Source: Macrostomum lignano (lineage: Eukaryota). From it: a DNA stretch of 64,000 nt. The notes below the pieces were generated by a model. It had not been told where the DNA came from and did no database searches. It saw nothing but the letters and a program-made list of their open reading frames with translations. The number at the start of each line of letters is the position of its first letter. The stretch's first letter is position 1. A program made the position numbers and the translations under genes. Shown piece after piece: positions 25,480-38,720 of this stretch. The stretch is taken from contig NIVC01000011.1 of assembly GCA_002269645.1 (NCBI GenBank), positions 248,001 to 312,000 on the forward strand, in the 5' to 3' direction.

Positions 25480-25900
25480 TTGCCAGAGAAAACCTGAAGG
25501 TGCGCCTGTTTCGCGCGGCCGTAGACCCGATTCTCATGTACGGATTGGAGGCTGTGCCGCTGACCGAGTCGCGAGAGTGAGGCCCTACACGCGCTCTATA
25601 AGCCGCGATCGCTGCTGCGCTAATGGCCGTATGCACCACCCCGGTGCACCTGCCGAGCAACGCTCAATGGCCCGCGCTAGAGCTCCGCCTCTGAGTGCTA
25701 CCCTGCGCCGGCGCCGTCAGGTGCTGCTGGCCGCCACTGTCCAGGGACCCTGGGCCGTGGTGCGCCCGTCCCACTGGCCCTGGCCCTGCTGCACCGGCCA
25801 ACCGAGCGATTGCGCCACCGCAAGCCCGCACTGCAACTCTCTGACTGACTGCCTCATCGCTGACTTTCAGGCGCTTGCACTAACCCCTCAGGTTGCTGCT
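25480..25900 (+). mobile_element. Decayed RTE-like LINE reverse-transcriptase C-terminal fragment
   Basis: LKVRLFRAAVDPILMYGLEAVPLT, then frameshifted PPLSATLRRRRQ and LLHRPTER segments that match RTE-clade post-RT motifs. Confidence 0.65.
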
Positions 25901-25984
25901 GTCTGTCCCCCCCACCTGTTCTGCAAGCACGTGCACGCATGCAGGGGTCTCCGGCTCTCTGCGTTCTAAAACGAGCGTATATAT

Positions 25985-26320
25985 TGTGTGATTGGCTGGT
26001 GAATCTATTTGGGCAAGTCTGTGATTGTCTGGTGAATCTAAGGCTAGTCTGTGATTGTCTGGTGAATCTAGGGCTAGACTGTGATTGTCTGGTGAATCTA
26101 AGGCTAGTCTGTGATTGGATGGTGAATCTAAGGCTAGTCTGTGATTGGCTGGTGAATCTAAGGCGAGTCTGTGATTGGCTGGTGAATCTAAGGCGAGTCT
26201 GTGATTGGCTGGTGAATCTAAGGCGAGTATTTGATTGGCTGGTGAATCTAAGGCTAGTCTGTGATTGTCTGGTGAATCTAAGGCAAGTCTGTGATTGTCT
26301 GGTGAATCTATGGCTTGTCT
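25985..26320. repeat. 30-bp minisatellite (GTGATTGTCTGGTGAATCTAAGGCTAGTCT)
   Basis: Exact 30-nt period, about 11 units. Confidence 0.95.
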
Positions 26321-29300
26321 GTGAATGATGAGGACGCACTTTTTTCCAAACTTCACGCTCATGCACATGGGCTCCAAACTTACTAGCCTACTAACAACAG
26401 GCTATGGGCATTTTTTCTTCCCTTTATGTAATTTTCCTAGAATTCATACTAGTTATATGATTTTGCCTAGATTATGTAAGATTCTAAGATTTTAAGTTGT
26501 AAGATTAAAGCGGGATTGCCTAGATTTTGCCCTAGATGACTTGTAGTTATCATAACATACAATAGGTGCGGCTTTTGGGTCAAAAATCATTGCTTTCGAG
26601 CTGGTCTGACAGCCACCTGCGCCTCACTCAATGCTGAGACTGGCGCCAGATGGTCTGAGAGGATGCGGGCGGTAGCTTTTTTCTCATCATTTTGACAGGC
26701 CATCAAGATTTATGAGGTCAGAGCCTATTGTTCGTGTTTACTCAAGCGTGTGACAGCTTTGACAGCTATGCGTTTTACCCCTAAAAGTACGCTGGGATTA
26801 GCGATTAGCGATTTCTCTTAATTATCTTCACTTTCTGCCTAATAAGAGCTTTCTAATGTATATTTTTTCATTAATTTTTGTCATTCCTACGCGAAAGGTA
26901 ATAAATCATTATGTAGCGATTTTGAGTGATTTATGACCGCACCTGTCGTATTTTTATGGCCCCGAGGGAACTGATAGGATCTTCTGGTCACGTGAGTTTG
27001 GGTGACAACAAGCTCAGCCAATTAGAAAATTTGACGTGCGTTATAACAAATCGGCTCAGCCAATCAGCGTCAAGGTGTTCCATTATAACAAATTGCGGTC
27101 CAGTTGGCGGCTATTTAAACAGGTGTTTTTGGCCCGCTTGGACTCAACCTCCTGCTCCGCCTCCTGGGACTTTGGCCTAACTTAAACCTCCCGGAGCTCG
27201 ACCGTCGTCTCTTGATCCCCGGATCGCGACTCCCCCATCATCATCAAGGACGAATCCCCCCGGTCGTCAGCAGCGAACATCAAGATTAAGAACATCACCT
27301 GCTAGCTATCTGCAAAGATTGTGACATCAGCATCATCCCAGGCCTACAGCTGCGAAGCACTAAGCCGATTCGGTCACTGTGGATTACCTGGTCTCCGGCT
27401 GTTGAGTTTCTGATTGGTTGGGTGAGAGGCTACCTAGACTTGCTTGATTGGGTGATTCCTTACCTGTCCCCTATTTCAGTAGCTGAATTAGGCGCACACT
27501 TTCGCTCACTTTGTTCAGAGTGCTGTTGCTGAGGCAGAAGTCATTCAATAATACTGCCAGTAGTCGAAACTCCAATTCAGTCTGAAGTGTGAAGTGAACT
27601 AAGGAGAAGGTTAAATCTGACAGTTATTTTTATCGGTTTTATTTCTTTGTTCGCCGATGGCTCAGATGAGTAGCTAAGCTAGTAGGCGCCGGTTACAGTG
27701 GACCAATGGCAAGGCGGTTCTCAGTCGACCAATCTATCAAATCAGTGAGCAAAATTGCCAATAGTGCAAAATCGGCGCCAGAGATGTACTCTGTGCACTC
27801 TAGGTTCGCCAAGCGGCTCGGGTAATGAATCATGCGGTCTCTGAAGTTCGAGTTAGTCTATCATCAGCGCTATGAGAGGCTAGTTGGCGCGTTGAAGGCC
27901 AAAAGTACAATTCTTCGTATTTAGCAATGTAATAGTACATGTAGCTACCCCATAGTCTCGCCACCGCAGAATCCCCTGCACAAGTCCCCTCTGTACCTGC
28001 ATGGCCAATGCGATCTAGTCCCAGCAGTGTCCCTTAACATCGGCTATGACTTCGAGATTGACAGCAAAAAGACACTAGTTGGCAGGTAAGTGCTAAGCCC
28101 CCTCTAGTCGGAAGCCCGATTTCGAAAGTTCCGGTTTGGTGAGCCAGGGCGCACGGGCTGGTGGCAGCGAGTTAGTTAATCTGCGGATTAGCTGATCTGT
28201 ACCTTCAAAATTCTCCCTGCTTGTCTCTCGCTGTTCCTCTCTTAGCTATAGGACCTAGACTGCTCGCCACACGATCAAGCTACCATGGGGCTGACCATCT
28301 GACAGGAGTGGGGGGCCAGGACTCTAATTGATTTATTTCTGAGCCTGAGGCCCGAAGGCTTTCCGAAAGGGGCCGAAAAGGCCGAAACTCATCAATAGAT
28401 TACTCTGGTGAATATCTCTGCTACCGAAAAAGTGTTTGCAAGACACTTTGGTGGAAAATTCACCTTTTATTCACGGAAGCTTTCTCAAAAAAGAAGAAAT
28501 TGACAACCACCCAACCACCGATTTTGTCGAGCACGCGAGCCAGAGAGCGTAGCTGATGATTGACAGATTAACAGAAAGTTTGTTAGGATTTTTCCTCAGC
28601 TGCATGAAAGCCAAACCGTTGTTTAAATATCAGAGGGAGAGTGCTTTTGTTTGAAACCACAGCTCTAACAATAGTTTTACGTTTCTACTCCAATCGTGTT
28701 GTCTACAAGACAGGCCTAAAACTTAAAAAACCTTCAAAGCGGAGAGTTATGTTTCTTTAGCGACAGTTGCTTTATAAATGGATGCGGGTGTTGTATGTGG
28801 TTTAAATTTAGCAAGAACTAAACCCAAAAAGTGTGTCAATAGCCAGTAAAAGGTAAAAAAGCTTTTAGAAAGCTGCTGTCGCTCTGTTTTTTTTCAGTTG
28901 AGTGCTCGAGCGTAAAGCGAAAAGCAGAAGATTGAGCAGTAGAAAATTAAAAATGTACTGTTATCCGATCGAGCAGGTTGTAATTGTGAACTTCTTTCCT
29001 TTGTTAAAAGTTTCTGTGGAAAATCGATTTCATTTCACGTTATTGAAGTGTATGGAAACAGAATACAAATTTACATGTATCAGTAATGCTTGATTAGATT
29101 TCAACAGTTACTGTATGTCCCTTTTGAATTTATTTGAATTAAAAACTGGCAACAGGTGAGAATGTGAAGGTCATAGCTTCCACAGATGATTTTCCTGTCT
29201 CTTCAAGATCAACTTTTTAACTATAAAATAGGTAGCCATGGGAAATTACTGACTTTGAAAAAAATCGTCAGGCGCCACAATAACGTCAAGCACTATTGGA

Positions 29301-29624
29301 AGTGAATATCTATTAGAAAAGACAGCTAAGACTTAATAAGAAAATTCCTACATTCGCAGACAGAGCTAGCCTCAATAAATAGTTTAGAATAAACATTTTG
29401 GTATATAACGGAATACAGAAAAGTCAATAATTGTATAATAAATTTCATTTAAGATAGAAATTAGTAAGATTACAGCTCTGCGCCCATATGTCAATTAAAG
29501 AGACGCCTATAACGACCATCAAGAAAAATGACGGTCTTTTAGAATGCATAACTAGGACTAGTAAATAGATATGTTCACAAATCACTTTGCGATAAAAATG
29601 TAGCGTTTCAAAAAGCTCAAATAG

Positions 29625-30370
29625 CTACACGCTGAACTTGACCCAGTCGGCGCTCGTCTCGATCTCCGCCTCCACCTGAGCGTCGGTGAACAGCAGCAGG
29701 CGGCAGGCTCTCAGCTTGCTGTTGTACAGCACGTGTCTGCAGTTGCCTGAGTTGATGGCAGCCGCCATGCACTGCAGCGAGTTGGCCACCGGCTGCAGGT
29801 CAGAGTAGCAGTACTCAGTGCTGGCGTGGTAGCTGGTCTGCTTGAACCGAGTCAGCTTCCACGAGGCAGCAGTTGGCAGCGGCTGAGCGGCACTCGGAGT
29901 CCACTCGCAAGCGAATCCGAGTGAGCGAGAACAATAGAAATTTCCCATTTTTCCATAGGATAAATGCAGTACGCAGTTTTCTCCGGTTCCTCCGTTTGGC
30001 TAAGTTGAAGCACCCCTAGTGAGTCATTCAGCGGCATGACGCCGTTGCCGTTGACCAACTGCCAGCCCGATCGGCTCGAAGATCTCTCGTCAGCCAAGTC
30101 GGTCACTCCAAACCAGATGTGGCAGCTGCTGCAGGCGAAACTGGGCATGCTGCTGAGCAGCTGCAGAGAGCTGTACGAGTTGAGCAGCTCGCCTCCGATC
30201 ATGGCGCACTGCCGGTTGGCCTCGCACCAGCTGAAGCTCCTCACCTTGTTCACGAATATGCATTTTCCGGCTTCAAGGCTGAATGGCGAGGGGCACAGCT
30301 GGGCCAGGGCTGGCTGCTGCTGGCTGTCCAGAAAGGCGAGAAGGAACACCATGAGGGGCTTGGACTCCAT
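29625..30370 (-). pseudogene. C-type lectin + PAN/apple-like gene, copy A (frameshift + nonsense)
   Basis: Split into ORFs 29852..30394 and 29625..29948. Against copy E it has a 1-nt deletion near 30013-30019 and a GAG>TAG change (30000-30002) at the E of the EPN motif. Confidence 0.85.
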
Positions 30371-30532
30371 GACAAGCCCACGCATAATAATCACAGGCTG
30401 TAGCCAGATCTTTAATTCGCAGTCGGCTTTTTATACGTGTGTATGAGCTTTGTTATAAAAGGTTTTTGATGGTATTGTCTTAACTCTACTCTCATTAGAC
30501 CTGCTAGGATTTGAAATCTTAGCAACGCTGCA

Positions 30533-30807
30533 CAGGGGCGGGATTTAGGCGGCGGGGGCGGGGGACTGCCGCCCACCCCCCGACCCATTGAGGCTGGCGG
30601 TGATGACGCCCCTGAATAAAGCCAATAGAGGTTCTCACGCCCTCGATTTGCTCAGAATGGCGCCCCTCTGTTGCGTATTATGGCGCCCCTCTATTGTGTA
30701 TCATGGCGCCCCTCTATCGTGTATTATGACGCCCCTCTATTGTGTATTATGGCGCCCCTCTATTGTGTATTATGGCGCCCCTCTATTGTGTATTATGACG
30801 CCCCTAG
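30533..30807. repeat. MITE-like end (CAGGGGCG...CGCCCCTG, 30533-30614) followed by a 23-bp minisatellite (GGCGCCCCTCTATTGTGTATTAT)
   Basis: 8-bp inverted termini; period 23 (30751, 30774). No TSD found. Confidence 0.6.
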
Positions 30808-30971
30808 TCTTACCAACATTTGTTACAAGTATAATTATAAAGCTTACTTTCAGACTTTTCACGTTTGGCATAAAATGTTATAATTTCAACAAAAAGCAAA
30901 GGAAAAAGAGGGAAGTTCTACCTGGCCTGGTGCGAGGCCAATGGCGCGAGATGATCGAATGTCGAGGGGAT

Positions 30972-31150
30972 GCTTTCACAAGCTTTCACAAGCTTTCACA
31001 AGCTTTCACAGGCTTTCACAAGCCTTCACAAGCTTTCACAAGCTTTCATAAGCCTTCACAAGCTTTCACAAGCTTTCATATGCCTTCACAAGCTTTCACA
31101 AGCTTTCACAAGCTTTCATAAGCCTTCACAAGCTTTCACAAGCTTTCACA
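30972..31150. repeat. 10-bp tandem repeat (AGCTTTCACA)
   Basis: Direct reading. Confidence 0.95.
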
Positions 31151-31466
31151 ACATCGAAAAGCAAATTATTTCACTAGGTAAAAATTTGAAATGTCGAAAA
31201 CTTAAATTAAGCTACTAAAGAAATTTCGAGCTTGTAAAGGAAGGTGCCATCGACGTAGTGAAAAATTTCGATTTCGTGAAACCCCCCTCCCCATGTCGAG
31301 CTGTCAAACTCGAATAACTATCTCGCCTGTAGTGACTGTGATGTGTTTAACTCGAAGTTAGCGGTGTGGTCTGATTTGGTTTGACTGACATCTGAATTTG
31401 TGCCGCTAATATAGTAGCTACTTGCATAGCTCGTATCGCTTTTTTGTAAACTTAGATCTGGTCGAA

Positions 31467-32020
31467 CAGAGAGTGCTAGCCAGAGAATGCTAGCCAGAGA
31501 ATGCTAGTCAGAGAATGCTAGCCAGAGAATGCTAGTCAGAGAATGCTAGTCAGAGAATGCTAGTCAGAGAATGCTAGTCAGAGAATGCTAGCCAGAGAAT
31601 GCTAGCCAGAGAATGCTAGCCAGAGAATGCTAATCAGAGAATGCTAGTCAGAGAATGCTAGCCAGAGAATGCTAGCCAGAGAATGCTAATCAGAGAATGC
31701 TAGCCAGAGAATGCTAGCCAGAGAATGCTAATCAGAGAATGCTAGTCAGAGAATGCTAGCCAGAGAATGCTAGTCAGAGAATGCTAGTCAGAGAATGCTA
31801 GCCAGAGAATGCTAGTCAGAGAATGCTAGTCAGAGAATGCTAGTCAGAGAATGCTAGTCAGAGAATGCTAGCCAGAGAATGCTAGTCAGAGAATGCTAGT
31901 CAGAGAATGCTAGCCAGAGAATGCTAGTCAGAGAATGCTAGTCAGAGAATGCTAGCCAGAGAATGCTAGTCAGAGAATGCTAGTCAGAGAATGCTAGCCA
32001 GAGAATGCTAACCAGAGAAT
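31467..32020. repeat. 14-bp minisatellite (GCTAGTCAGAGAAT)
   Basis: Period 14 (31811, 31825), about 39 units. Confidence 0.95.
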
Positions 32021-32450
32021 TTTATTGTTGAAAAAGGAAAAAATGAAAACTAGCTGTGAAGACTGCATGACGACTGTTTTTTCGGAAAGATTCGCTTCAA
32101 GTCTGTTGACAAACATTTTATGTTTTAACTGCAATTTTTTAGTTCAGTCCTACCCCATAATCTATAGGAAAGCAAATAGCTTAGCATTTCTGTGCGCTTT
32201 ATCTTGGGCTTTGTCGGTCGCAATTCGGAGATCAAAGAAATGCTATTTACGATTTAAATGGATCGTAAAATCTTGTTTTATTTGCTTTAAAATACATTTC
32301 AACGAATTTCTCCGCTTGGAGAAGAATCTGATTCGACTTCAATATTACAACGGTACTAAATATATACAATTAAAATGTTGAAAGAACCCGAATAAAATTG
32401 TATAAGTTATGATGTTTAAAGTTTTTAATGTGCTACTGATGCTACCGGTA

Positions 32451-34195
32451 CCGTGTGCGCAAAAGGTATCCGGACAAAATCTTGTTGGCTTTGCTTTCCG
32501 AGAGTTTGACATACTCCGGGAATTTAAAGCATCATTTGTATAATATGTCTATGGCCCAACTTCTGCCTGGAATTTTAACCCTGATATGCAAAATGGACTC
32601 ATGCTGTTCATCCTTTTATTTCGAAAGCTTCGTTTTCAATCCGCGGATTTGCCATCCCAAGTTGTCACAAAATGGCAAGCTATTCCTTGGATCTCAAGAA
32701 GCGTGTCGCTACCGACTTGACTTCTGGAATGAGCGTGCGAATGTGTGCTGAGAAGTACTCAGTAGGGAAGAGCACCGTCGGTGATTGGAAGAAGCTGCTG
32801 GATTCTGGCGACAGCCTGGAACCGAAGGAGAAATCGGGACGGCCGCGGACAGTCCGGACACCAGACTTCATGGCCAACCTCGAAGCCAAGCGGGCAGAAG
32901 ACCCAACGAAGACGATGAGGCAAATTGCCCGAGAGGAAGGAGTGCATGAGAGCAATGTCCGCAATGCATTTCGGGAGATGGGCGTCAGGAGCTTCGTGCA
33001 GAGGGAGATCCCCATGCTGAACGCGGATCAGCTGGGGCTTCGGGTTCAACGGTCACGGAGGCTCCTGAATGACCTCAAGGCCTCTCCCGGAGTTGAAGTC
33101 ATCTTCTTCACGGATGAAAAGAACTTCACGCAGACACCCTACCGGAATCGCAGCTCTTCGCGCGTGCTGGCCAGGAGCAGTGAGGAGCGGGACGCCTTCA
33201 ACTCGCCACAGATTAAGCACCCGGCAACCATCATGGTCTTCGGCCTCGTCGCTTCTGATGGCAAGAAAATGCAGCCAATATTTTTTGACAAGGGGTACCG
33301 ACTGAATGGAGACGGGTACCTTGATGTGCTCCAGAAAGTGCTGCACTGGATTCGCAGTAACTATCCTGACAGGGTGCGGCCGGATGGCAGTTTTGCAGAT
33401 GGCTGGAACTTTCGCTTCCAGCAGGACTCTGCTCCAGCACACACTCGCAATGACGTGCAGGCCTGGCTCAGCGCTCACTTCGGGCGCAAGCGCGTCTGGC
33501 TGAAGGAGGACTGGCCAGCCTACTCACCGGATCTAAATCCCCTGGATTTTTCGATCTGGAACCAGGTTGACAAGCGGGCCTGCAGAAGCTTCCACACGTC
33601 CCTGGACTCGCTGAGATCTGCCATTCATGAGGCTTGGGAATCAGAGCTGACTCCGGAATATCTGGTGAGATGCTGCAAAGCGTTTCGTGGTCGTCTTGAG
33701 AAGGTGATTGCCCAAGGAGGTTCTCCAATCGTGGATTAAATCGAGTCTGGCATGCAGAGCCGCTTGTTGGAACCATTTGAGCAGCACATTTCAGCAAGTG
33801 GGCCAGGTGATTGATTCGAGGAAGTCTGACGATCTTGAACTCTGTTAGAAAAAGCGACCGCTTCTTTAAATTAAGTTTCACTTTTGTTGCTCAATGCCCG
33901 CGTTACGTTTCTCTTGTTCGCATTTTAGAAAAAAATCGTTTTTACGTTGTTAAATCGAACACGAGCTTGAAATTTCGCGATTTACGTCATCTACCTTTAA
34001 TTAAGCCATTATCACCTTTCCAGGTGAAAATAGACCGACCTGTTGCATTGGCCACTTTGCTGAAAAACGAGCTACGACAATTTGTTGCATTAAATTGCGA
34101 TGTGAAAATTCATTGATTTTGGGTACAACACGTGCATATTTATCTGTCCTTCTCTGCAACACATGCAAGTGTCCGGATACTTTTTGCGTACCCGA
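32451..34195 (+). mobile_element. Full-length Tc1/mariner-superfamily DNA transposon (maT-like), 1745 bp
   Basis: 26-bp TIRs at 32451-32476 (CCGTGTGCGCAAAAGGTATCCGGACA) and 34170-34195 (22/26 match). Flanked by TA at 32449-50 and 34196-97. Confidence 0.92.
32672..33739 (+). CDS. Tc1/mariner transposase, intact 355 aa, DD39D spacing
   Basis: N-terminal HTH region with SGRPRT; catalytic motifs FTDEKNF, FQQDSAPAH and WPAYSPDLNPLD. There are 39 residues between the 2nd and 3rd Asp. Confidence 0.95.
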   Translation: MASYSLDLKKRVATDLTSGMSVRMCAEKYSVGKSTVGDWKKLLDSGDSLEPKEKSGRPRTVRTPDFMANLEAKRAEDPTKTMRQIAREEGVHESNVRNAFREMGVRSFVQREIPMLNADQLGLRVQRSRRLLNDLKASPGVEVIFFTDEKNFTQTPYRNRSSSRVLARSSEERDAFNSPQIKHPATIMVFGLVASDGKKMQPIFFDKGYRLNGDGYLDVLQKVLHWIRSNYPDRVRPDGSFADGWNFRFQQDSAPAHTRNDVQAWLSAHFGRKRVWLKEDWPAYSPDLNPLDFSIWNQVDKRACRSFHTSLDSLRSAIHEAWESELTPEYLVRCCKAFRGRLEKVIAQGGSPIVD

Positions 34196-35521
34196 TACTT
34201 CCACAAATTTCGAAAGTAGCATCATAACAAATCTTCAAAGTCAAATGTTGAAAGCAAGACAAAGCGTTTTTCTCCATCGTGAACCAGGGGCTTTCTTTCT
34301 CTTGCTTTCGGGAGTTTCCAGACTCGTCTGCTTTAGTAAAGACAATTTTGCCAAGTCAGTTAAGAAAGCTACGTGTACTTAGATGATAGATATCTAAAAA
34401 TAATAAAACGAGTTAAACGCTTTTTCGCTAGCCCACAAAAGCAGAGCAAAATCAGAAGAGCGAAGCATAAGATAAGCTAGATTTCGATACTGCTCGAAAA
34501 AGGAGAAGTTGGAATCTAATCAACACAAAAGCAAAAAGAACTAGAATAATAAACTAAATGCAGGGAAAATGACGTCAAATGCTATAAAAATTGATAAAAG
34601 TTGGTAATTTTCAAGTGTTTTATTTCCCTGTGTTGGGATTTTGATAATCATGTATGTCGAAAACAGCTGTTATTAAAATGGTCTATTTCGAAAATATTAT
34701 TTTCATCCAAACTATGTTTTTCATTGTCAGCAACTCCATCATCTGGCAGGCAAAGTCCACCCGCAAGCAGAACCGAAAAGTTCATTCATTCAATGTTGCA
34801 TCTGCATAATCAGACACATTAGATAGAGCAAATGTGTCTTTCCAGACTCTCCAATTTCAATCTATGGAGCACGGATAGTCACAGAGTTTTATGTTCCGAT
34901 GGAAAATAGATTCAACTAATTAGAAGTGTATTGTTTCAGAGTAAATAGCATAGGAAAAGTCATAAATAGCTGGGCTCAGTTATAGAACATTACTTGAAGG
35001 TATATATATGCCTCAAGTCCAGAGGAGACAATCATATGCGCTTGTGACAGCCAAAGTTCGCGAAGGTAGCAAACCAAAATAAGAGGACAAAAATCCCTCG
35101 AGCAAAACACACCTTGAACGAAATTCCGAGCGCTCAAGTATTAACAGAAAAAAGCTGGCGATCGATCGATGAGCGTTCGAAATTTTACGAGTACTTCTAC
35201 GAAGAACAAATTAGTGATGATCAGATCTGGCATTGAATAAAATTTGTGATTGCGCATTGCTCAAATCGGTACAGAAAGAGATACAGAAAAGTAACAGAAT
35301 ACAGAAAGTAAAAAAAAAATTCACTATCAAACTTTCGCGACAATACACCAATTAGAGAGACGCTTAGAGAGAGAATAACCGTGTCTTGAAATTTAATGAT
35401 GAGGACACTGAGTAGGTAAGAAGAAACAGACAATTTAAATTTTACTCGAATACGTGGTTTAAAATGTTTACCACAGAATCTGTTCACAATTCACTTTGTA
35501 ATAAAAAACATATCAAAAATC

Positions 35522-35905
35522 TCAATACACGCTGAACTTGACCCAGTCGGCGCTCGTCTCGATCTCCGCCTCCACCTGAGCGTCGGTGAACAGCAGCAGG
35601 CGGCAGGCTCTCAGCTTGCTGTTGTACAGCACGTGTCTGCAGTTGCCGGAATTGAAAGCTGACATGACACAAGCCAGCTCGGAGTGAACATTGGTCAGGT
35701 CAGAGTAGCAGTACTCAGTGCTGGCATGGTAGCTGGTCCGCTTGAACGGAGTCAGTTCAAAATTCAGATGCGTCTGAGAAGTCCTCGGCTTCGACTCGCA
35801 AGCAAATCCGAGTGAGCGAGGACAGAAGTAGTTTCCGATTTTTCCATGCGACAAATGTATTATGCAGTTTTCACCGGTGCCTCCATTTAGCTCAGTTGAA
35901 GCACC
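35522..35905 (-). pseudogene. 5'-truncated C-type lectin + PAN gene, copy B (near-identical to the 3' half of copy E)
   Basis: Matches 52626-53009 with few substitutions. Homology stops abruptly after GAAGCACC (35905), where the shared upstream block begins. No signal peptide or CTLD N-half. Confidence 0.85.
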
Positions 35906-37519
35906 GGGCTTTGGGCTGCTAGGACCAACCAGCTGTCAGGGACTTGAACTCTCCCAGAGAAAATTTTCCATCTGCTGAGCTCCTGACTATTCAAGCATTG
36001 CTGAAGACGACTTCAGCGACAAGTAAGTCGCTGGTATCACGGTAGAATGCGCCTTTTGGAAAACTTCTCTATAGAGTTGGAATATTCCCGGCATAAGCCG
36101 ATCGTAAAAATGCATTGCGAATTTAAAAAAAGCGAAGAAAAGAGTTGAATGCTGGCTCAGCAAGCAGCAATTGCCCGAGCAATAGCGACATTCGAACATT
36201 CGCTAGTTGGCTGCTTATAATTAGTAACAGAGAGAAACTTGATCCGTGAACTGTTGTTCGACCAGACAAATAACACAAGCATGATAGAATTTTGTTAACA
36301 GAATAAGCAGATTAGACTTATAACTCTCCTATAGAGCCGTATGTACGAGCTTAGTACTGGATGGAGTAACTATTGACTAGAAACAGCCATTCATGGATCT
36401 CAGAGTCCAGTAGAGTGCGTGACAACCACAGGGACGTCATATTTTCACCTGCAGGCAATGCCGCTTCTCCAGTGTATTTGTTACGGCGTCGCTGTAATTA
36501 ATCGAATAGATCGGATCGCGAGCGAACTCTTTATTTTGTGAGCAAAATCTAGTCCTGTACTTTATCTTTGTCATCTTACTGCTGCTTGGCGCATGACAAA
36601 AGATTTATCCCCCTCTTTTGATTTCCTTTTCCTTCTTGATTCCTCTCAACCGAGCCCGCTTCCTTCCCTACTTTTTACTGAATTTTTAGGGCCCACGCAC
36701 CTAGCCCTCTGTCATCACCATGCTGAGCCAATTTGTACACTTTCTTATGGCCAAAGCTGAGAAGGAAAAAATGCACGAGCATATTAGACTGGAGCTGCTG
36801 ATCACAGTAGAGAGCTACCTTACCATGACGAAGTCTTTTCGCCCACGCAAATATCCACGCACTTTTTCTTATTTTTTGCTGCACTAAACCGTGAAACAAT
36901 GCTCCAAGCAAGACAATGAAAAACCATCGTCATTGTTCTCCGTCGCGGAGACTTTGAGCGCCTTGCCTTGTTTTCTTGGCTTCTAACTGACTTCTACAAG
37001 GTTTTGAGAGAAGTAGCTAAAACACTAATTCACTGACGATGGCTAAAAGCGAAAATCATACTGGCGTTTAGGCTGTAGAAGGAATAAGAATGCAGCTGAC
37101 GATACTAAAACTCTTTGGGAGCTAAACGAATGATTGGGTGGTTGCTGCAAGAATAAGGCAGTAAATTTTTCGCTTTTTACGTTCGTCATTGTAAAATATT
37201 TTTTTTCTAAATGAAGTCCGAGACAAGAATTTGTAAATGTGGGACAAGACTTTTTTAACTACGACACTACCAAAGAATGCCAATCCAATTTAATAGCAGT
37301 GTCAGCTAATCAGGTAGTTAGGCCTGTAAAAGAAGGCTTGCAATGTTTATTTTTTAAAAAGCTCTTTTTATGCTTTGGGAAACAAAGCGTTTGCACTAGA
37401 TCACTTACAGACAGTCTAAAAGAGGGGAATTTACATTTCACAGAAAGCCTAAGTTAAGTTTACCAGAGGGGAATGTATACAAAAAATAAAATTAAAAAGC
37501 ATATGCAGCTTAGAATTTC

Positions 37520-37748
37520 AACTGATGTCCTTTCTCGCTAATAAGGCAGAGTGCCAATTGCCGTGGATCCTCGATTTCATCGTGTACTCTGGCAGAAGCA
37601 GAGGTGGAGAGTCCAGGCGGAGGTGAAATCTATGTCGAGAGGGACCAGAGCCCGACAGATCCAGTCCTGTGCGCCAACATCGCCCGATAAGCGTACCTAA
37701 ACTGCTGAACGTTCGGATTGTTATTAAAACCACCTCTCTGACGAATCT
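37520..37748 (-). pseudogene. Fragment of a P-element/THAP9-like transposase
   Basis: Reads [26 protein letters not shown], which matches the conserved IRxRGGxNNNPxxxQFxxAY C-terminal motif of P-superfamily transposases. Confidence 0.7.

Positions 37749-38720
<972 letters not shown>

Noticed and set aside
26912-28300. Possible solo LTR (starts TGTAGCG, with CCAAT and TATA-like motifs); similar look at ~45000-45790
   Set aside because: No matching CA end with a target-site duplication, no PBS or PPT, and no second copy in the window, so it is left unannotated.
28340-28392. Hammerhead-ribozyme-like GGCCGAAAAGGCCGAAAC motif
   Set aside because: A stem II and GAAAC are present, but the required CUGANGA core is absent just upstream (CCGAAAG or CGAAAGG) and stems I and III could not be built.
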